A DNA stretch of 30,069 nucleotides from Chiloscyllium plagiosum (Eukaryota), in contig NC_057718.1 in assembly GCF_004010195.1 (NCBI RefSeq), positions 24,359,414-24,389,482 of the forward strand, written 5' to 3'. The notes beneath the pieces were generated by a model that saw only the letters and a list, made by a program, of their open reading frames with translations, was not told where the DNA came from and searched no databases. Numbering within the stretch: the stretch's first letter is position 1; every line of letters begins with the position of its first letter. Shown piece after piece: positions 22,765 through 30,069 of the stretch. Both the position numbers and the translations under genes were made by a program.

Positions 22765-23683
22765 TCTCACTCCCAAATGTTAACAAATATATGTTCTATA
22801 AGGTTTTAAACTAATAATTCCTCCACATAAGTTGGCCAGGGATGGTAAAAAACACCAATATGCCTTGGCTGTTAGGCAGAGCTGTCCAAGGCAGATCTAC
22901 AGAATCGCCACTATCTTGCCGAGTCCCCAGATTCCTTTTAAATGTTGCAATTGTACTAGCCTCCATCACTTCCTCTGGTAGCCCATTCTTTGGTCTCTTT
23001 TATATCTTTCCCCTCTCACCCGAAATCTTTGTGCTCTAGTTCTGGATTCCCCCACACTGGGAATAAACCTAGTTTATATTGTTTTTCAATGTTCTTCTGA
23101 CCAAAGTGCATTACTTAGCACTCCCATTTCACATCCTTACACATGAGGAATACCCAATATTTGGGTCAAGTTAGTTGGCCACAGTTTTTGTGCAGAACCT
23201 GAATCTGATTGCAAATTACTTTCTCTTTCTCTGTGCTGCTGCCCAATAGCAGCACTTAATAGATGGTTCATTGTATTTCCAGAGTCTAGCTTCATTGTCT
23301 TCCGAAGCAAGCGAATTGGCAGACAAGCCTTTCATCCCCCAGTATGTGAAATTGCCACAGATGTGCAAATTTTGAGCTTACTAAACTGTCTGGTTTCAGT
23401 GCTATTAGATTTTTTAAAAAGGGCAATTTCAGTGCCTAAAGCTTTGTTTATGCTAAACGTTATGGAGTAGCAAGACGAAAAACAGAGTCCCAATGGTTTC
23501 TCTGTCATCTTTTCTCCCCCTCAGGATTCACATACTTTCCAGAAACCTGGTTTCTTGGTGACAGATGGTTGTTCCAAGTTTGTTTTTTTCATTTGTGTTT
23601 GTTTGAGATGGGCAGGAGACCTTTCATTATCTGTGCTGTTATCAGTTCATGTCACTTTGCTTTTTTCAAAGTAAGCTTTGACA

Positions 23684-23790
23684 TATGGTTCTGAAGAAGA
23701 TATCATATTGGACTCAAAACATTAACTCTGCTGTCAGACTTGCTGAGTTTCTCCAAACTTTTCCAACATCTGCAATGGTTTGCTTCTACT
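23684..23790 (+). mobile_element. Penelope-like element terminal remnant
   Basis: 'tctgaagaaga..ggactcaaaacattaactctg..cagacttgctgagtttctcca..ttccaacatctgca' resembles Penelope-type termini as I recall them. Confidence 0.55.
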
Positions 23791-26675
23791 GAAATATGAT
23801 TTGTTTGTATATTCCAAATATGGCTCCATTGTCTTTTCTAAACTGAATGTTTTCTCGGTAACTTTTCATCTCTAAAGTAAAAAGTTATCATACAAATGTG
23901 TGAAAAACATGTGATGTGAAGTTCTGAACACTTCACTGAATTTCAGTGCCTCTTAATTGAAATAGTAATTCTGAGGCAACTAGTTTTATACATTTCATTT
24001 GTCGTGTGATCCTAGCAGCCATTTTAGGTCAGTCATTTCCCTCTTAAAAGCCTTTCTTTAGTCCACTAATGTCTTAGTCATTAATGTCAAATGTTGAAAG
24101 TTAAGTATTGATAGTCTATTATTACTGCGATCATAATAATGTCAATGCTGCTGCAACTCCATTGAAAATGTAGGCGTCTCTTTGAAGTGTTACCTTTGTC
24201 TGGTCCTGATATGTTGGCTCTTTGCAAGTTGAGAAAACTGGACCTGGCTGGGGAAGAGAGTTTTCAGACATCTAAGTAGTGTCCTGTCCATTAAAAGTTA
24301 TACCTGAATGCTTGTAGTATTGCCTTCAAGAACAGTAGCTTTGTTTAATGGTTCCCTCACCGAATCCAGAGCATGTGGTGAATTACTGATGATGTTTACC
24401 TCATGTACTTGCATATCACCAATACACAGTGGTCTAACTTCAATGTAGGAGTGTGGGGCCACGTGTTCTGTGCTTAAGACTTCTGTTGACTTGCAGAGGT
24501 CTTTTTTTATCCAACACTCACTACTGTTGGAGATTCTCAGGCAGATCTGATGTTAGAGCTCCTCATCAATAATGGTGTTTTTAAAGAGTTTGCTGCCAGT
24601 GGTGGCTCAATATATTCCAGAGTGCATCCATCAAATCCAGGAGGTGGACTATTCAGCTGACCAAGTGTGTCTTGAAAAATTAATTTGTTTTCACAACATT
24701 GAATACCAGACTGTGTCTTTTTTAGTAATTAAAGAAAGGGTGGCTTCCAACTGGAATGGGCAATCTCAAAGTATTCATCACCAAACTGTGCAATATGTAA
24801 ATCCATTGTGATCAGTTTAGCTGTGGCACAGAGATAACTGAAGTTAAAGTTTTTCATCAATGCGGTATTTAATATTGATAAGAAAGGGTGAATTGTTAAT
24901 TTGATTACCTATTGTCTCATTGTAAGTAGTATGGAGAATACCTCTCAACATTGCTTTACCGACTCAGAATTTTGAAGATATGGGTTTCAGGTCTTGCATT
25001 GAAGACAGTTGCAGTCATATTATCATTAAAATGTTTGCAGTATCATGAAGAAGTTTCTTGGACATTGTGAATTGTAGTACAGAACTAAAACATGCCTGAA
25101 GAGTCAAGCAGGTTTCCAGTACCTTTTTTGACTTGCTCTCGTTACGACAAACACATGAACACCAAAGATCAAATGATGGTCATAATAGTCAAGCAGCTCA
25201 TAAAACCTGTTTCTTTCCAACTGAAAATTCAGAAAGCCATAATTTTGCAGATTTGAGTTTGTTTCTTACCGGGGGCTTCTAAACTTTTGCTGCTCCTCCC
25301 TTCTTAGTTTTTGCTCTTCCCCTGCATGAATGCATGAATTCAGAGCCAGCCCTTCAGTGGTCTGATACAGTTCCTGCAGCAGATTTTTCTGGAGATGCAT
25401 TGTTTACATCTCCAAATCCAATTCTGGCCTAGTTCAGCTTGCCCCCTAACTTGCCAGTCACATGCTTCTGGCCTGATTATGGCTACTTTAAGACTGTAAT
25501 TCCATGCAACTTGCCCTTTCTTGGCATCAGTAGCCCATATGTGTCTCAGTATCAGTCATTACTTCGGAAATGCAAGACAATGCCTAGTTCTTCAATTCTG
25601 CTTCTAGCTTTTATCCGTGAATAATACTACAGCAAATCTCCTAATGTTAATAAAGGTTGCTTGCTAACTTGGGGTAGTTTTATTTTCTTTTGGAATCTGA
25701 GTTCCACCACTTAAACCACATTCCGTGTGGTTGTTTACTGAAGGAAAAACATACATTTGAACTTTGGAAATCAATATAGCTTTTAAAATCAAGATGGATT
25801 GTACTAAAGATAATAAATAATTTCTGTAAGACTAACAACTTCTCCAAATAGTGGAGAAAATCCAATTCAAAATGGAGAAAGCAAGAATATTTCTTGAACA
25901 TGATAACAAAAGTGAAGACGTTTCAATGATGAAATTGTGTCAAAGCTATAAGCAGCCATACAATCATTGAAGAATGAGTGAAGCGTTATTAATCTAACAT
26001 GATTTTCTCAATTCTGAGTGGTATCTTGCAAAAAGACTAGATTAGATTTTCAGTTTGTCCTTCACATGGCGATTTGAGAGAGATAAATTATAGTACTTTT
26101 AGTCAGCTGTTGTCTGGTACATGATCCTGACGGGAGCCATGGAAGAAGTTGGCTGTGATGTTCTGATGCTGTAACACACAACCTCTTTGTTTTAAACTCC
26201 AGCTTGCATTTCATCAGTCTGTTCAATGGGGCCAGGTACAGTGTAATGCACCTCTTATCTGCAGAGCTGAGCAGTCAGTTGCAGGATCAGATACATTTCT
26301 TCCACCCAAAACAAAGTAGCTCAGCAGTGTTTGAGATAAAGAGAACTTGGCAGTACTCCTGCAGTTTTGACTATGATGTCTGAAAACTGAATCCTCCCTG
26401 TATGTGTTTCATTATTGACTTCCAAGGTTACCCAAACCTTTAACTCTGACCCGCACAAATTGTGTTTGAATCCCTGCTGAGATTGTATCCCATTTAGTAA
26501 TTTTCTCCAACTTTCATGGTACAGGTTGTGAGATGAGGTGACATATTTTTGACTGGTTCAGTAGCAGTTTGTGTGAATAGCACCATAGGAGTCTCAAAAG
26601 TTGAATATGTTTTTATTTAAAATTATGCCTGCATTAGGTTGGCTTACTGCCGGTCCTGTACCTAAGGAACACAAG

Positions 26676-27945
26676 TTAAAGCAAAGGTGATATTATTTTA
26701 ATCAGTTCTTTTCCTGTTAGTATGCTTCAATTTGCATTTTTGACTGCCCTAGTATATTGTAACTTTATTTCCTTTTTGTTGTTCCTTTTCACCATTGGTG
26801 GGTATTCATTCTTTGAGGTTCAACTACAATAATTGCTGGATAATGTCAAATTTGTGATCTGATATGTACATCATTGGATTAACTGTTCAAAATAATTTTC
26901 TTTGTGATATCCCTGCCAGTATAAATCAAAAAGAATATAGCATTAACTATGGACCAAAGCACAGACTACTACAGGTTACCAACACTAAGTGGAGTTGTCA
27001 TTTTTTTTGGAACAAATTTTTCCTTGCATTCAGATGTTTAGAAAAGACCAACACCTCGGTTTAATTTTTTTTAACCTATTTATCAACTATTGGGTTTTGC
27101 TTCAAGGTCTTCAAATTTTTCAAGGAATTTCATTTCTTGTAGTTTGAGGTTTTTCCCACTTGGCCTCATGTGTCATGTGGAAACACCCACACTATGGAAT
27201 TTAAAAGTTAGCCAAGTTATATTGTAGTGTGGGCGAAGATGATTATTAGATATGTAGAGAAGACTATTTTATAATTACTTAAAATTAATCCATTCAGTTA
27301 AAAACTGTTTCAAGAAGCAACAAGTTACATTCTTATCAAGTGTGTGTGCACATGTGTGAGAAGTGTTTAGCTGATGAATGTTGAAAACTGCCTCCTATTT
27401 AAATGGCTTGCTGTTTCTGAACATTCATTGCCAGAATCGAGAGTCACATCAACTTATTTCAAATTTTCAGTTTGGGGTTATGTGCATGTCGATTGTTCAA
27501 CTCAAATGCACCCTTCCTCCCAAGCCCAACCATTTTGATTTTTCAGTTTGTGGTTCTGCTTTCTTAATGCATCCATATGCTTCTGACTCACATTTCTGGT
27601 TCTGTGATTGCTCCCTCTCTTCTTGTTATCCTCTGATCTGCCTGTAATACATACATCTGCTCTGTTATTTCCATCAGACGACAGGATCTACCTTTCTCTC
27701 TGACCTCTTTGCACTGCATCTCTGTAGGCCTAATTTCTGCGCACAGCCCCACACTCCTCAATGTTTCCCCAAGTTGAACCATCATATATTTCTTCCAAGC
27801 TTGCTGTCTATAGTTTCCTAGTACTGGAAAAAGGAGAGATGCACAACACAATAATTTGACAAATGGTAAGATTAAGTTGAGTAAATGTCAAGGACAGTCG
27901 ATATTCTATCTTAAAGCAAAGGTGATATTATTTTAATCAGTTCTT
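26676..27945. repeat. Exact 35-bp direct repeat pair (26676-26710 and 27911-27945)
   Basis: TTAAAGCAAAGGTGATATTATTTTAATCAGTTCTT occurs identically twice, 1200 bp apart. Confidence 0.95.
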
Positions 27946-28300
27946 GGGATGTATGTGTCACTGGCAAGGTTAGCACTTACTGCCCATCTGTAGTTGCTCT
28001 GAGTGCTGGTTGATCATGCTTGTCGTGTTACTTGAAATGGGTATAAGCAACGAACTATGTCCGTGTGGGGTTGATGTCACAGCCAGACCATGTAAGGATA
28101 GAAGGATTCCTATCTATTCTGCAAGGTATTAATGGCCCAGTCAGGTTTCTACAACAATCCAAAAGCAACGTGGTTACTTTCACTGATCGAATTTTTTTTT
28201 AAAAATGATCTCTTTTTCTCAAACTGACATAATGGAATTGAGTTTCACATTCCCTGGCCTTTGGATTATTAGTCCAGTAACACAATCATCACTCCACTGT
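27931..28300 (-). mobile_element. Degraded tRNA-derived SINE
   Basis: Minus-strand head gtggagtgatgattgtgttactggactaataatccaaagg; body 'tccttacatggtctggc'; 3' 'gatgggcagtaagtgctaaccttgccagtgacac..catccc'. Confidence 0.65.
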
Positions 28301-28537
28301 TCCTTTTTTGAGGATGACAAACAGAGTTGACAATTGACTCAGGCAAATTGTTCAGTACAGTGAAAGGTTCAAATGCCAGGGGACACAAGTGAAAAAAATG
28401 ATTAGTTAGGAACCAGAGGCAAAGCTGGAACATTTCACCTGAAGCTCAGATAACTACAAGAATAAAATTGCCAAGGCTAACATTATAATTGGGGTTAACA
28501 TCCAATTTGATTACAGTTAGATGATTGTGTATATCTT

Positions 28538-29171
28538 CCAGATGATGGTGGAGCTTCTGAGCCTGGGGGCTTGTCCGCTTTTCTTTTTGTTTCTTTCTTT
28601 CCCTCCTTTCTCTTTCTTTCTCCCCTTTTTCTCGCTGTTATTTTACTTGCCTCTTGTGGAAGAGCTCGGGAGCTTCTAGTGACAGCATCAGCGGACTCAC
28701 GGCAGTGATGTCCGAGAGAGTTTGGGTGTATCGACTAGGCAGTCCTAGCACTGACCCATGGCCGTTGTGGCAGACGGGAGTTTGGGCCCAGTACGAGACA
28801 CTGCGGCATCGGTAGCAGCTGTGGTGAAATCAAGTTTGGGCCAGTGCAGTACCCGGTGGCATCAGTCCAGCGAGCATTCATAGTGATGAGAGCATCAGTG
28901 GAGGCAGGAGGGTGCAGAACAGTTGTGGCTTTCATTCCAGATGGCACAGGGACTTGTGTCTGGCCATCACATCGCATGGCCCATGGTGGAGCACTTAACG
29001 AGAAGGACTAAAGTTGAACACTTTGTTTTTCTTTATTCTTCTGCCTTTATATTCCATGTTTTGGTTTATTTTTCTGCGTTTTAAGATGGCGCTAGAGAGT
29101 GGTGACCCTATACAACACGTTTCACTGTATTTTGTGACGCAATGCATGTGACAATAAATAAATCAAATCAA
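28538..29171 (+). mobile_element. Non-autonomous retroelement with a Rex/Babar-type 3' tail
   Basis: Ends tttcactgta..catgtgacaataaataaatcaaatcaa, like the tails at ~16270-16316 and 8731-8780. The body is GC-rich, internally repetitive and has no RT motifs. 5' boundary uncertain. Confidence 0.6.
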
Positions 29172-29871
29172 GCTATTTTTAGATGAAGGAAAATGGCAAA
29201 GCAGCAAATTGCTGAGGTTGTATAAAGGAGGAGGGGCAGGCTTGTTAGCCCTAGTCGTCTTTTAAAGCTCCTAGAATTCTTCCTCAGTCGCAAGAACTGG
29301 TGATACTTCACTTATTTGTAACTCCACGCAGCTCAGGGGTTCCAAATTCAACAGTGTGTTTCCAGGAAGCCTGTGGATGTTCTCAATATCCTTGTCATGT
29401 TGGACTTGATTGGAAGATGTCATCCAAGTTATGTTTGAGTAATAGTGAGTGAAGCTTATAAACTTCAGCTCTTCTAAAACTTTGCAGTCAGTCATGAAAC
29501 ACAAGTTTATGTATGAGTCACTCATTGTACCAAAGCAAGTAAGCAATGATGCTATCATTGGCAGAATTGGATAATCCTGTAGTTGAATCATTTAATAGAT
29601 CTGTATTTAAAAGGAAATGCTAGGAAATGGGCAGGCCACTCTAATGAAAGCTCCCATCAGAATAATAGTTCCAGTTATACAGTTATTTACTGTCAGGATG
29701 AGCTATTAGCAAAGAATTGCACAATGTAGCTAACATTTGTAAGACACATATTAGTCAGTAAATATTGTAAGGTTCCATGTGAATAATTAGTGCTTCTCTG
29801 CTTGGCTACCAAAATGTATCATCTGTTTTATTAACTTTTCATATAGTACATTTCTTTTAAAAGTTGGAATA

Positions 29872-30069
29872 GGGGGGATCCAAGATGGCGGCGACCCAGC
29901 AAGACTGAGTCTATAGTGCTCCTCCCAAGACTTGGGTACAGTGGGTCACCCACCCCCTACCCCACCGCTCACCAAATCATTTATAATAGTTGTGTAATTT
30001 AATTAGTTGTGTAATATTACATTTAAACAATTTAATCCTAAGTAAAAATGACTAAAGGGAAGGGAGCCC
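29872..30069 (+). mobile_element. 5' end of a second L1 (5' UTR and ORF1 start), continues beyond the window
   Basis: GGGGGGATCCAAGATGGCGGCG head after a TT/AAAA site. ATG at 30048 gives MTKGKGA, matching MMPKGKGA of the first L1 ORF1. The 5' UTR lengths are similar (~176 vs ~162 bp). Confidence 0.85.
29881..29889 (+). promoter_or_regulatory. YY1-type motif (CAAGATGGC) at the L1 5' terminus
   Basis: Same motif, at a similar distance from a G-rich 5' end, as the YY1 site of mammalian L1 internal promoters. Confidence 0.65.

Larger units (their letters stand above)
16981..22926 (-). mobile_element. Near full-length L1-clade LINE, inactivated
   Basis: G-rich 5' end with a decayed CAAGATGGCG motif, ORF1, ~590-bp spacer, ORF2, 3' UTR, AATAAA and poly(A) (+ strand tttttttgtaaatttatt at 16981). 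~13-bp TSD (tctgatgcctttt 16972-16984 / ccagattcctttt 22927-22939) at a TTTT/AA site. Confidence 0.93.
16826..23070 (-). mobile_element. HER1/CR1 3' fragment (16826-16984 plus 22927-23070) interrupted by L1
   Basis: 3' tail (agtcatag)2 and 'cagcatggaaacag..ggtccaactcgtcc'. The right piece encodes LFPSVGESRTRAQRF on the minus strand. The joined halves resemble the uninterrupted relative at 4260-4370. Confidence 0.85.
15715..23125 (-). mobile_element. Old CR1-clade LINE fragment split into three pieces (15715-15890, 16319-16825, ~23070-23125)
   Basis: The pieces read in colinear CR1 order on the minus strand: VMHFGQKN (~23100); LHNILVQPQLE..RGDFIELFKIMSGLE (16479-16715); EAFKRALGDYLERNGVQGYGEKA and tail (15816-15890). 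Confidence 0.7.

Noticed and set aside
23505..23565. Acceptor-like tract (tttttctccccctcag) as the next formin exon
   Set aside because: The required frame gives IHILSRNLVSW*, with no formin similarity.
1..30069. Prokaryotic-type systems (CRISPR array, operons, retrons)
   Set aside because: No repeat-spacer array or dense coding. The content is vertebrate intron, and the RT motifs belong to LINEs.

Overview
Eukaryotic (vertebrate) intronic DNA, most likely from a shark or other elasmobranch, judged from HE1-type SINEs and HER1/CR1 LINE tails recognised from memory. The only host coding sequence I can support is one 150-bp internal exon (3842-3991, +) encoding the C-terminal end of the FH2 domain of a cappuccino-class formin (FMN1/FMN2 family). 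The rest is intron. About half of it is retroelements: a near full-length decayed L1 (16981-22926, -), the 5' end of a related L1 at the window edge (+), Rex1/Babar and CR1 LINE fragments, L2 relics, HE1, Deu-type and other tRNA-derived SINEs, and a Tigger-like MITE. Most ORF-track entries are incidental or TE-derived. Points of interest: a near-perfect 37-bp-arm hairpin (1968-2061); a four-level nest of retroelements (15715-23125); an exact 35-bp direct repeat bracketing 1.2 kb; a non-coding element carrying a Rex/Babar-type tail; a formin exon that looks intermediate between FMN1 and FMN2; and TE-poor intron blocks that could be Gremlin enhancers. I found no convincing wholly new gene system. 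All repeat-family names are from recall and were not checked against a database.
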